A DNA stretch of 64,000 nt from Sphyrna mokarran (lineage: Eukaryota). Shown in pieces: positions 51,693-63,890 of this stretch. The stretch spans positions 32,302,001 to 32,366,000 of the forward strand of contig JAGIQG010000004.1 in the NCBI GenBank assembly GCA_024679065.1. The letters run 5' to 3'. The notes below the pieces were generated by a model. The model was not told the origin of the DNA and did no database searches. It was given only the letters and a program-made list of their open reading frames with translations. Position numbers and translations under genes: made by a program. Numbering within the stretch: position 1 is the first letter of the stretch; each line of letters begins with the position of its first letter.

Positions 51693-51764
51693 CAGGACTT
51701 ATCAAATCCTAACTATTCACAAACTTTCCAGGACTTATCAAATCCTATCCATTCACAAACTTTC
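51693..51764. repeat. 36-bp tandem duplication
   Basis: caggacttatcaaatccta(ac/tc)(t/c)attcacaaactttc x2, with 2 mismatches. Confidence 0.9.
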
Positions 51765-52454
51765 CCTCATATCGCTTCTGAGTCATGTAGATTTGGGATC
51801 ATGGGTGTAACCAACAAAAGGACCATTGAAAGAAGAGGATATAAAATGGAACTGTGTTCGGATATATTGGGCTGAGCATCACTGAAGTTCAAAAAAACAG
51901 AACTAATGAAATGACAATCCCTTCAATAAAGATATCATTTATCCTGACTGTATCCCCCAACGTCCCAAAGGAAAAATGGGGGTGGTAGTTTAGCAGCAAA
52001 AGAATTTATCTTTTTCCCGATCTGGGAATGTGATCAGTTTTATGAGTATCTGAATGCCCAAATCTTCCCGTATCAGGAGCATCGGAGATTGGATGCAAGT
52101 TGCAAGATGTGCATCAGTAGCCCATGGAAATTATCACATATACATGGGAATTCTACCACCTCATCTGCCATGGAATCGGAGTGAGTAAGGGGCAAACAAT
52201 AGAAATGTCTGTTAACCTCAAGCAGGAATTCTGGTCTTCCTCGAGTAAGGCCATAAAATCTTGCCCGTACACACACATAAAACTTAAACTTCCAAAAGGC
52301 AAATTTCCATTGCCTGGCGCCCTCTGCGACAGTCTCCAACACTGGACACATTATCAGAGATTTCTGCCAGGTACCTTGTACTTACTTAGATACTGACCCT
52401 GGAAAATTGATGCTAGTTACACTCAGGCATTAGCCAGAATAGTTGAACAGGGCA

Positions 52455-52455
<1 letters not shown>

Positions 52456-52490
<35 letters not shown>
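52456..52490. repeat. (CA)n microsatellite
   Basis: Seen directly. Confidence 0.95.
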
Positions 52491-52494
<4 letters not shown>

Positions 52495-53214
52495 TACCCC
52501 AATCTCCATCCAAACACCCTTTCACCCCACCCCACACCCCAACACCCCCATCCTGCACCCAAATAGCAACCACCCACTTCAACCACCTCACCCACATTAC
52601 CCAGCTTACTCACATGTTGAAAGATTTGGATTTCTGTCAGATAATGTCATGAAAGGGGCAGTGCCCTCTGCTTTTATCTTGCTCAGTGGTCCTCCCTATG
52701 GATGTCTGCACTGACCCTTTGATGTGCTAGCCACAATTAGAAGCAAAAGCTGAAGAGTTGTGAAATTGTTGTGTCACAGAAATTTTTGTGGGCAGTTTCA
52801 GCTCACACGACATTGCTGCTAACCAGAAGATTCAGGTTCACGTTTTTAAAACCTACACAAAATTAACGTAAGTTGTACTAATTACTGCTTACTCTTAAAA
52901 TCATTGCTGAAGTTGGTCAAAACGGAGAGGAACATCTGAGCTTACGGCTAAGGGCAAGGACACCCATAAGACGTCCAAGCAATCGCTAACTAAACTCATC
53001 AGTAAGCAGATCTTCTTCACCTACATGTATGGGGTGCTGAGATCCACCCACATCTTGTCCAAGGCCACGAGCGTCATGAACACCTAAAAAGATGGTGCAC
53101 CATCTTAGCCCAAGAGATCCAGAGTGCCGCGTGCCTCATGATGCCAAGAGAGTTGGCCAAACACGCCAATCCAAGGGTACAAAAGCAATCACCAAGTACA
53201 CCAACTCTGTTCAC

Positions 53215-53312
53215 CAAAACAAAAAATGATGAAAAATCTCAGCACATCTGGCAGCATCTGTCGATAGAGAATAGAGCCAACGTTTCAAGTCAGGATGCCT
53301 CGTCAGAGCTCC
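53215..53312 (-). mobile_element. Penelope (second family) terminus with a hammerhead motif
   Basis: Minus strand gagct-CTGACGA-ggcatcctgactt-GAAA-cgtt-ggctc..cagatgctgccaga. Confidence 0.75.
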
Positions 53313-54260
53313 GTTTAGGTTGACCCATACTGAATGATTAAAATCCCATGTTTTCTGCTGGTTTGCTGATATTAGACAAATCCCACTTAAAAAACCAACT
53401 CACTTCAGCAGAAGTTGCAGACTATGAAGGCCAAGTATAGATAAGGTAAACACTATACAACATTTTGCAGACATTACATGATCAGATGCCACATGATCCT
53501 TCATCCCATGACTAACCTCCAGGAAGAACTACAATCAGAATTGACAGAGGGGAAATAAGTATTGCATAGTGGGCGGTTAAGTATCATATTATGTTTTTGG
53601 TTCTAAACTGCTAAAATATAGAAATAAATGGATAATGGCATAATGTGCATTTACAGTTATGTAGAGACTTAATTATCCTTCCTCAAATGATAGAAAATAG
53701 CAAATAGTCATGCAGGCTGCACTAAACTGGACCTGGCATTAAGTACCAAAATGTTAACATTACATGGTGGTTCAATAATGAAATCTTTCCGGCCTGTTGC
53801 ACATTCTCTGATGGCTCTAGACAGGCCACTGAACGGAGAAATACATGGCATTATACTGAAAATGGTTGAAGAATCTAAAGCAACTGCTATGCAATTACTG
53901 AGAAAATTCTCCAAGTTGCTGTACTGTTGTGCATTGTTTTGCAATGTCAAGACTGGTTAGGGAGAGTGTAATAATTTTAAGATCTGAGCTATGGAAAAGT
54001 AGAGCTGTGGCCTTTCCCACACTGATAAGGGAAAGATAAAAGGAAGTAGAAAAAGTAAAAGCTAAAAGATTCTGCAGAGAGATAATGTTTTTGCAAGGGC
54101 AGACTTTTACCAATTGTTATATACAGTCCTACACACATCATTTTTGGTTGTTTTCCTATCTTCCCTTGAAGATTAGCATTGAGTATTGGAAAGAAAGCAT
54201 AGACTGGTAACCAATTTGATAGGCTTTATCCTGAACATTCCTGTAGTCATCTTCAAATCC

Positions 54261-54388
54261 AGGGTGGAATATTATCACCATGGCCTGGCATGGGTATGGC
54301 CAGAAAACGCAGCAAATGTTTCAAAGCTCCATTGACATTGACGAGACTGGAATATCCCAGCAGCTGGATGGCTGCAAATTTCCACTCT
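54261..54388. mobile_element. MITE
   Basis: Decayed TIRs gggtggaatatt ... aaatttccactc. Confidence 0.6.
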
Positions 54389-54794
54389 GGTGCAGGATTA
54401 GAATGCCCAGCTTTCCAGATTCAGAGGTTTCCTGGGTTTAGCAAGAGGGCTACCAGTTGAATCACAAGACCTCCTTGTACATTCATGATGTTTAGAGCTT
54501 TGTTTAGCACAGGCTGAATGCCATTGCTGTCCAACATATAAGTGGTCTTCACACCATGAAAAACATCAAAATGACTATGGCAGGCAGCATTAGTTACACA
54601 GGGGGCCTGATAATAAAATCCAATTCATGTTTATATCAAATGGAATTTGCAGTATTTGGGATTTTTCACTGTAACTTTCTTGCAGTGTTAATGTAAACCT
54701 ATTTGTGACACTAATAAATAAACTTAAACTTTATTATCTCTTGATTGATTATCAAATATCTTAAGATTGACTACTTTGGATATTAGCTTTATTA

Positions 54795-55066
54795 GTTTAT
54801 TTATTAGTGCCAAAGTAGGCTTAAATTAATTCTGTAATGAAATGACTGTGAAAATCCCCTAGTCATCACACTCTGGCATCTGCTGGGGTACATTGAGGGA
54901 GAATTTAACTTGGCCAATGCACCTATCCAGCACGTCTTTTGGACTGTGGGGGGAAACCCATGCAGAAATGGGGAGAACATGCAGACTCCGCACAGAGAAT
55001 GACTCCAAACCAGGAATTGAACCCAGGTCCCTGGCACTGTGAAGCAGCAGTACTAACCACCATGCT
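54795..55066 (-). mobile_element. HE1-related V-SINE (alternative tail); a plus-strand tail fragment lies at 54655-54732
   Basis: Reverse complement of the 41470-41785 type. Confidence 0.85.
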
Positions 55067-55079
55067 ATCTAGTATGTAA

Positions 55080-55300
55080 ACTCTTACCCTCAAGATAACG
55101 GGGGAGCAGTTTAGATTGGAGTTGAGGAGGAACTTCTTCACTCAAAGAGTCCCTGGATTTTCTGCCATTGAAGTGGTGGAGGCTACCTAGCTGAATACAT
55201 TTAAGTTATGGATAGATAGGTTTCTGACTGACAAGAGAATTAAGGGTTATGAGGAGAAAGCTAGATGTCCTACTCCTATTCCTATTTCTTATGTTCTTAT
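55080..55300 (+). mobile_element. CR1 3' fragment
   Basis: gagttgaggaggaacttcttcac, similar to 19420-19700. Confidence 0.8.
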
Positions 55301-56681
55301 CATGTTTATATGAAAGTTCTTTGGACATCATTTTAGGTGTTTTGCTAATGAAGAGAATCATAAATATAGTTGATTCCAATTAATTTTCACATACTGTAAC
55401 ATCCTCTGAACTATTTTAATGAACTAATCTCACAATAAACTCAAATTTTCTGTTGATTAACAGCAGCTATGTTAATGCCCTTAACATACATTTTATGAGT
55501 TCTACAATATTTTCAGTGACATCACTGCCACCTTAAAACAAAATGTTTAACTGTTGAAATCTTTGGTAAGATGTGATCAGCTGTATCCTGTTGATGAAAT
55601 GCACATTGTGTTGTCACTTTAAAAGAACCTTGTTACTAATACCTTGGATTAAGTTGACTAATACATTATCTGTTGCAATCAATTTTGGATTCTCTGAAGC
55701 AGCTTTTATTCTTCCAAACAAAGCCAACTACAAATGTCTTTTAATTTCCCGTGCATCAGTTAATGCTGGAACAAACATGACAAAGACTTAGTAAAAATAT
55801 TGCCTGCTTTAGGGATAGATCTACTTAAGTTATCAGGAGTCTCAGGTAAGTATTCATCTTGTAATAATAAAATTAAGGCTATTTAATTATAAAAGCAATT
55901 TATTTTGAATAAAATTATAATGAGATGATTTGTATTTTCTATTAAAGCTGCAAATGTGTCCTAATTTTTACAATATAATTTATGTGCGATCAACTTTAGC
56001 CATGCACAACCTCCAGAGACCAGGCAGGTGCCATTTGAAATGCCTGCACTGAAATAGATTCACAGCCTTCCTGGAGACTGCAATTTTATCTTGTTTTTTT
56101 TAACAGGCTCAAGGAACACCAGTTGAAAGGCAGCAAGCTTCTTCTTTTAATGTGCATTCCAATAGCATCATCAAGTCCCAACTATAATTTCAATCAGGTA
56201 CTGTATGTAAAAGGTATAATGGCTTCCCACTGCAAAGTTATAGTCATTTCAAGTCAGATATAAGAACATTAGAGACTGGTTTAAGAATAGGCCATGGGGG
56301 TCCCTCAAGCCTGCTCCTCCATTCAAATTAATGAGCTCTTCTCTTGCAGACATGGATATATACTGCACTTACTGGCTCTCGTTTCACTACCCTGCTAGTT
56401 ACATATCTTTAAAATGCTCTAATAAATGTGTCAAACATGATTATTTCTATTTTACAAAACCATGTAAGCTGTATCTGATCATACAATGATTTATTAGCGT
56501 GTTGTTAAGATTTCCTTAAAATACATTGCAGCAATTTCCAGATGACTCATGTCAGGCTAACTAGTTGTAGGCTCCTGTTTTTTCTCTCACTTCTTTCTTG
56601 AATAGTATAGTTATACTTGTTAACTTCCAATTGCTGGCATTGTTCTCGAATCTAGGAAATTTTAGAAAATTGCAATCAGTG

Positions 56682-58865
56682 TGTAAAGATCCTTTTACTC
56701 TCCACACAGACTGATCTCAGTCACTGATGCCACTGATAACTGGATGTCTCTCTCCTGCTGGTGTTCAACTCATAACCCAGAAGTGTCACACTGGGACAGC
56801 TTCACGAGAGAGAGAGAGAGAAAGACTCACTGTTTATTCCTGACTAGTGAGCTCACCCTTACGCCATGAGTTACTCTGGCTGCCACCTACAACCGAGTGT
56901 CTCTCTTTCTTGTAGATAGTGAAATACAACCCAAAAGTGCCGCACTGGGACAGTTTCATGAGAGAGAGAGGGGTGCCATTGTTTAGTCCTGACCATTAGA
57001 CCCCTTTGAGTGAGCAGTTTTGAAGTGCTTGGCCCTTTGACTGTTCTGTATTCCATAATCTTGTTCTGGCTTTTTAGTGGCTCATCACGATGGACGATGA
57101 AAGAGGAAGAGACTAGATAAAGTTAATTTTTAAATAATATATTCAAGAATAACTCCAACCAGACTCAGTCAATAAAACATAGACACTATAACGCTATGAT
57201 ATGGAAAGAAAACTCTAAATTCTTAGCATTATACAATTTACACAATTTGCACAAAAACAAGAAGAATCCTAGACCTCTCCTCAACCTTTACCTCATTGGT
57301 AAAGGCTGAGTGAATACATTCACCACTCCTCGGATTGTTTTAGAAACAAAAGGTCCTTGCTACTGCTGAGAAAATAGATGATGTCTTGCTTGTTGCTGGA
57401 TCTTCCTGATTCTTTCCCCTGCCACGAAATAGTTGTCCGGCTGGACCCCGGAATTCACTCCTTCACAACTTCACAACCCTCCTGCTCCAGATTTCACAGA
57501 ACTTCTTTCTGAGTTAACCGCTAAAAGATAACCACCTCTCCTCCTTCTGTGTCTTCTTGGTCGGAGTTCGATAATTTTTTTAAAAGGTAGTTTCCTTAAT
57601 CAATTTGGCTGACTCCTCCCATTGGTCAGTTTCAAAATAATGGGGTGCAAAATGCTGATAAGATGAAACTGATCAATTTCAATGGCAAAGAGCCCAAACT
57701 GTTTTAGAAAGTATCCGCTGTATTGTTAAATGTCCCAACTGGTTTCCTGGAACTGCTAAAAGTTTTCCCATTAGTGGAGGCATTATTCTGTGCAGCTGGG
57801 ATAAAACTTGTTGCCATTTCCATTGTCACATTACTATTTCCATTGTCACAGCAACCTCTGCAGGATGTGCCAGATCATCAACATGGATGGCATCATCTTA
57901 CATGAGAACACCATCCAACAGGTACACGGTACATACTCTTACAACTTGGCCAACATTGTCTCCTTGATAGGCTGTAGGGAAGGATGTCCCGGAGCATGGT
58001 ACACTAGGGAGACCATGCGGACACAACAACAATGGATGAATGAACACAGCTCAACAATTACCAGACAGGAGTGTTCTCTTCCTGTTGGGGAACACTTCAG
58101 CAGTCACTGGTATTCAGTCCCTGATCTTGGGATAAGCATTCTCCAAGGCGGCCTTCACAACACATGACAATGTATAATTGCTGAGCAGAAACTGATAGCC
58201 AAGTTCTGCACACATGAGGATGGCTTCATGGGCTCATATCACTGTATCTGTAACACCCACAACTTGCCTGGACTTGCAAAATCTCAATAACTGTTATGGC
58301 TGGAGACAGTACACATCTTTGTAACCTGTGCTTGACCCTCTCTTCACTCACATTGTCTGTACCTTTAAGACTTGATTACCTGTAAAGACTTGGATTTCAA
58401 CCATTATTTTGTAAATTGAATTGTGTCTTTATATGCCTTGTTTGTCAACACGACTCCCACTCATGTGATGAAGGAGCAGCGCTCTGAAAGCTTGTTGCTT
58501 GCCCTACCAAATAAACCTGTTGGACTTTAAGCAGGTGTTATGAGACTTCTTACTGTGCTTACCCCAGCATCTCCACATTACCTCCTATAGTTAGTCAGAG
58601 CTATCAACACCCTAGGAATAATCATGTCAGATATCTTTGTCATGACTCATGACCCCCTTTATTCACTCCTTGGATGGTCTGGTGGTGTTGTATATTCCGG
58701 TGTCTGCTTTGCAGCCATTTTGCTTTAAAAGGTTCCCTTTTAAAATAATACTGTCTTTAAAATGTCCAATGTTCCACTTGAAATTGGCCATGTTATAATA
58801 TGTTTAATATAATGTCAGTGTATCCTATGGAATTCATCCAAATGATGGATTTGCTGCATCTTACA
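56682..58865. mobile_element. Solo LTR (~1.45 kb native, 2.18 kb with the nested Penelope)
   Basis: TGTAAAGAT...ATCTTACA inverted termini; exact 4-bp TSD agtg at 56678-56681 and 58866-58869. Confidence 0.82.
57840..58580 (+). mobile_element. Penelope-like element: GIY-YIG endonuclease plus 3' pseudo-LTR
   Basis: ORF 57808-58167 CHSNLCRMCQII..ANIVSLIGCREGCPGAWYTRET..MNEHSS..LPVGEHFS; terminus with a mutated hammerhead (gTGATGA-aGGAGCagcGCTCT-GAAAgctt, ~58462-58496). Confidence 0.92.
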
Positions 58866-59621
58866 AGTGCACCTCTGCAGCTATATCTTTTCCAATCCTA
58901 GGATTGGCCATCAGGTCCCAGGGATGTGTTGCTTTCTCATCCACTAAGTTTCTTCAAAACTTTTTTTGTGTTGATTTTAGTCATTTTGAGTTCCATCCTT
59001 TTATTGGCCACTCTCGGTTTTTGGTATTTAGTTTATCTCTTCCATAATGAACACAGACATGAAATGTGTATTCAATATCTGCCATTTCTTCAATCCCCAT
59101 GATAATTTCTCCTGTTTTTGTTGCTAAGGGATTAAAATTAGTTTCATCTACTCTCCATTTTCTATTCTCAGAAAAGCTCTTTCATATTTCTGGTTTGTTC
59201 GTTATCATATTTCATTGTCCTTTGTTGGTTCCTTGCGCTCTCCAAATCCTCAGGCTTTGCAAAATTATATGGCTCTTCTTTCACTCTGATCCTTAGAGAC
59301 AGTGGTGCATTTAGGCTTTGTTTTATCACTGTTTGCCCACTACAGTTGGCAGGCAGGAGACAGTTGTGCAATTCTGCTGGAATGTAAGTTTTTTTTTATT
59401 TCTGATTGGATGGGAGAATGCAAAAGTGGCATAGCGAGAGAAGGAAGATGAAAAATAACCTGTGGTCATTGAAGGAGGAAAGCCAATTAAAAGAAGGATT
59501 CTAGAACAAAACTGTACCCAAATAATTGATGCACTTAATACATTTTAAAAAGCACTATTGTAATGGTGCAATATTTAATTTTAACCACTGGCATTAGCAA
59601 ATCAGCCACCTTTTATTATTT

Positions 59622-59976
59622 TCATAGAAATCATAGAAACCCTACAGTATAGAAAGAGGCCATTTGGCCCATAGAGTCTGCACTGACCACAATCCCACCC
59701 AGGACCCAGGTCCTACCCCCATATCCCTACATGTTTACCCACTAATCCCTCTAACCTACATATCTCAGGACAATAAGGGCAATTTTTAGCATGGCCAATC
59801 AACCTATCCCACACCTCTTTGGACTGTGGGAAGAAACTAGAGTTCCCAGAGGAAAGCCATGCAGACAATAGGAGAATGTGCAAACTCCACATGGACAGAT
59901 ACCCAAGCCAGCAATCAAACCCAAGTCCCTGGAGCTGTGAAGCAGCAGTGCTAATCACTGTGCTACCATGCCGCCC
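59622..59976 (-). mobile_element. Full-length HE1 SINE
   Basis: Close reverse complement of 5905-6250. Confidence 0.92.
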
Positions 59977-61244
59977 ATTTTCCTTACTTATTGTGGCAAA
60001 AATAAAGTGGGGATATCCCACTGGAAAATTCTGAGTTCAATTCCATCTTATGCAGTGAATGGGAGAGAGCTAGCTGTTCATTTGAAACCCTTCCAACCTC
60101 GCTGGGTTTTCATTCAAATGAGGAGCTCACCGTGAGAATTTCCCAGTTCTCATTATTTTTCTTTTCCTGATTCTCTGTGAGAAGGGCATCCCATGGGAAA
60201 GTTCCCAGGATGTATTTATTGATCACTCACACTAGACAACTTTGTAAAGATTTTGGCTGATTTTTCACGCAGATGGAGAGATCCCCCCTCATCACAAAAT
60301 GGCTACAGGAGTCCAAAAGTCCCACCCCTGAAAATGGCCACCCATATTTGTGGGTGTTGGGGGTGGCAGATAAAACTGTGATTCACAGAACAAACTGAAC
60401 ATGTTAAGGTGCAGTTTCCTTCACAATGATTTTCACAGGGAGAGTCTGAGAGATATAACTCATGCACATTAGGCCTGGTAGGTCTAAACATATTGCAATT
60501 CTTTGTAGAGGTACCTTTTTGGAAAGGTAAGGCATCCTTTTATCTATAGTCCCTTTGAAGAAGTAAGATATCTTTTGAAAGTGATCAGATGCCCTTCAGA
60601 AAATGTACAGTGCTGTTTGGGAGATATCAAGTACCCTGTGGAGTTGTTAAAAGTGAAAATAAAATTGGAACTGTCTAAATGTGCTGCTAAGGCATTTAAA
60701 TCTTTGGTCCTTTAAATATTTAGGGAACAAAAATTATTAGGAGCATTGAAAAAATCAGTGCTTCTATTTCACTGTATTGACATAAACCTAAGTAATGATG
60801 AATGACTGAATTCATGACCTATTCATATCATATTGAAGTGCCTATCAGTTCATAATTGCATTGAGCACAGTTTCACATGCTTATAAAGTCTTTCCAATGA
60901 GATTACAAATACAAATGTTTTCATAAAAGATTAAAGAATGTTAGTGTAGTGAATGGGTTTTCAATCAATAAAAGAGTCATTTTTAACAGTGAATTATTAA
61001 TAGAAATTTGAGAATTTTATTCAATCTCAGCACAAGCACTGAGGTCTATCCATGTTTGATAATAGGTGAAATGGCATGTCACACATAAGGGCAAAGGATG
61101 ATGGGTGGGAGTAATGAGTTAGCACTAAGTTGGTATGGGACTATATACTGCCATGAGATTGGATAGGATGGCATATGCTGACCTGATAGGTATTTTTTTT
61201 AATCACAGTGCCAGAGCCCGGAAACTGGCCTGGTCAGTTTTATG

Positions 61245-61572
61245 GAATCATAGAATCCCTACAGTTCTGAAGAGACCATTTGACCCATTGGGTCTGTATC
61301 GATCACAATCCTATCCAGGCCCTATTCCTGTAACCTCTCACATTTATTCTGCTAATCTCTCTGACACTAGGGTCAATTTAGCATGGCCAATCAACATAAC
61401 CTGCACATCTCTGGACAGTGGGAGGTAACCGGAGCACCAAGAGGAAACTCATGTATACGCGGGGAATAAGTGCAAACACCACGTAGACAGTGATCTAAGG
61501 CCTGAATTGAACCTGGGATCCCTAGTGCTGTCAGGCAGTAGTGCCAAATACTGTGCCACCATGCTACCATAC
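61245..61572 (-). mobile_element. HE1 SINE
   Basis: Head, V domain and tail on the minus strand. Confidence 0.9.
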
Positions 61573-61727
61573 CACACCAGTATTCTCTGTACTGCCTACA
61601 ATTCTTTGTATGGGTGTCAGGTCTGACTCCCATTTCACCAGTTCCTCTCCTCGAGTCCAGAGCTCAATGTTTTTAATGGAAATAATCTTTAAACAACGCT
61701 GAGGGAAAACAAAATTACGTAACTTAC

Positions 61728-61806
61728 CAGTTTGGACGGGTTGGATTAGAGTCATCAAATTCACTTCTACAAAGTTCACCAGCCACCATTGCTTCTCTCC
61801 TTTTCC
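61728..61806 (-). CDS. Candidate 79-nt exon of an unidentified minus-strand gene (..KRREA-MVAGELCRSEFDDSNPTRPN-)
   Basis: Acceptor ttattttgtcctttAG| and consensus donor CTG|GTAAGT. Two open frames, one with a good Kozak gcaATGg at 61789 ending in phase 2. Non-repetitive sequence. Confidence 0.6.
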
Positions 61807-61894
61807 CTAAAGGACAAAATAAATTTAAATTTTACAGACTATTAAGCATATTTAGTGTTATGACATAGTTAGCAATTCTTCAGAAAGCCCTCTG

Positions 61895-62095
61895 AGGGTT
61901 GATTAACTCAGTTGGCTAGAGTATGGTGCAGGATGATGCCATTGGTGTCGGTTCTATCCCAATACCCCTATAATAGTTCTCAGTAGCTTGTCTTCTCTTG
62001 TGCTAGGTATGAATCTTGTGCCCATCATGCTTTGTAACCCCTTTTCTTTCACTATCAGAGACAGATTTCTATAGTCCCTTGTGAACTAAGGCTAA
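61895..62095 (+). mobile_element. Old tRNA-derived SINE
   Basis: ttaactcagttggctagagtatggtgc..gatgcca..ggttctatccc A/B-box head. Confidence 0.6.
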
Positions 62096-62139
62096 TTATC
62101 CCCTGAAAGTCATTGGCCAATTAATTATACTTGCGGCTA

Positions 62140-62295
62140 AAACTCATCTTTCATTCCCTCACCTACAATATAAATATCTCACACTTTCTGTGTCTTTTAG
62201 CTTTGACAAAAGGCCATCTGGACTCAAAACATTAACTCTTTTCTCTCCTTACAGATGCTGCCAGACCAGCTGACATTTTCCAGTTTTCTCTTTAG
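62140..62295 (+). mobile_element. Penelope (second family) terminus with a CpG-decayed hammerhead motif
   Basis: agctttgacaaaaggccatctggactcaaaacattaactc..acagatgctgccagacc. Confidence 0.72.
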
Positions 62296-62844
62296 TTAAT
62301 TACCTCTGGTCATTAGATCTCTGAATCTGTTAGGTAACTAAGTTAACATATCTTCTCTTTTCTAACCCCATCCATGCTAACAAGTTAATATTTTTTAAAC
62401 GTTAACCCCATTTCATTAAAATGTATTAACGCAAACAATCTGACATTCATTCTTATTTTACAAACTTTCCTAACATTATTTCTTTTCCAACTAATCATAA
62501 TAGTTTCAGTAAGGATTATTTCTGGCGCAATTTCCATTGCTTTTACCCGGATCTAGGAATAGAAATTCAAATTGGACATTGTTCAATTGGACATCCATTC
62601 AATGAAGCAATTAATATTCAATTCCATTGCAGTCAATTGCAATTAAATATTGTGTACAACAGGAAACCAAAGCAGTGTTACTCATTTTGTATCATGGCCT
62701 AGTTTTTTTTAATTTGGTTCTTCTTTCGATAATAGGAAAATACTAATGCATGGTTTATACACTTATATTGATCAGAGTATATTTTGCATAAAATGAAATC
62801 CCAGGATCGGGATAAGAGGCTTTGCAGCTAATTAATTAAATACT

Positions 62845-63170
62845 CCTGAAGTGTTGTAGTGTAGGAAATGGGGCAGCCACATCCCAAAAACCCTTACGAA
62901 ATAGTGATTAGATGATCTGCTTTCCTGATATTGCTGGAAGAGTAAATGTTGACTGGGACACCAGAGGGAAATCTTTGTTCTTTATATATTGTGGAATGTT
63001 TTCTATCTACCTGAGAGGGCAGATTTGGTTTAAAACCATCTAAAAGACAGCATTATGAACAGTGAAGCATGACACTAAAGTGTCAGCTTGTTTCGTATCC
63101 TGACATCTCAAGTCCTGGACAGGAACATGAATTTTCAATCTTCTGAAAACTGCTAAGAGAAGGCTGACAT
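62845..63170 (-). mobile_element. DeuSINE (SacSINE1-like) relic
   Basis: acctgagagggcaga..ggtttaa..catctaaaagacagca..cagtg..agtgtcagc..ctcaagtc matches my recollection of the reversed Deu domain. Confidence 0.7.
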
Positions 63171-63299
63171 CTTAAACTGCAGTTGAAAAGTAGGATTTCC
63201 ATTGGCGTCAAAGGAAGCAACCTTAAAATCCCAAGAGCTTCAAGTTGACATAGCATAGCACAACAGATCCAGGGCTAGTGTTAATGCTCCATACAAACT

Positions 63300-63890
63300 T
63301 CTCAGCCCCCTCACTCTGCTCCATAGTGCCCACTCCATCCTCCTTCTCCACTCCCTCCCATGTTCCCCACTCCCCCTCACTCCCCCCCTCACTCTCCCCA
63401 CTCACCGCCCACTCGCCTCCAACTCCCGCCCGTCCCACCCACTCCCATCTCACTTCCCCCTCACTTCCCCACTTTCCCTCCCACATTCACCCCGCCCACC
63501 CCCACTTTACCCCCACGCACCCACTTTCCTCCCACCCCTCCATTACCTCCCACCCCCCCAGCCCCCTTTTCTCCCTACCCCATCAATCTCCCATTCCCCC
63601 TCCCCCGCTACTTCCTCCCCGCTCCCTTTCCACTATTCTCCCACTCCCCCCACTTCTCTCCCACTCCCCCCCACTTCTCTCCCACTACCCCCCCCCTCCC
63701 CATTCCCCCACTGGCCCCCCCACTTCCCTCTCGCTCTCTCCTACTCTCCTCCATTCCCCCCTGCCCCTCCCCACTGCCCCCTCACTTCACCACACTCTTC
63801 CCTACTCGCCCCCCACTCCCCATTCTGCCACTGTCCCCTCACTTTCCCCCACTCCCCTGTCGCTTCCCCCCCCCACTTCCTACCATGCTT
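63300..63890. repeat. C/T-rich low-complexity tract (G-rich on the minus strand)
   Basis: Irregular cccac/ctccc units; source of the Pro/Ser/His ORFs. Confidence 0.9.

Larger units (their letters stand above)
56450..59230 (-). mobile_element. Decayed CR1 ORF2 fragment split by a solo LTR
   Basis: ctgatgtcaggctaact-like motif (NYRPVSLT, reverse) at ~56550 is colinear with ggccatcaggtcccaggg (SPGPDG, reverse) at ~58905. Confidence 0.75.
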
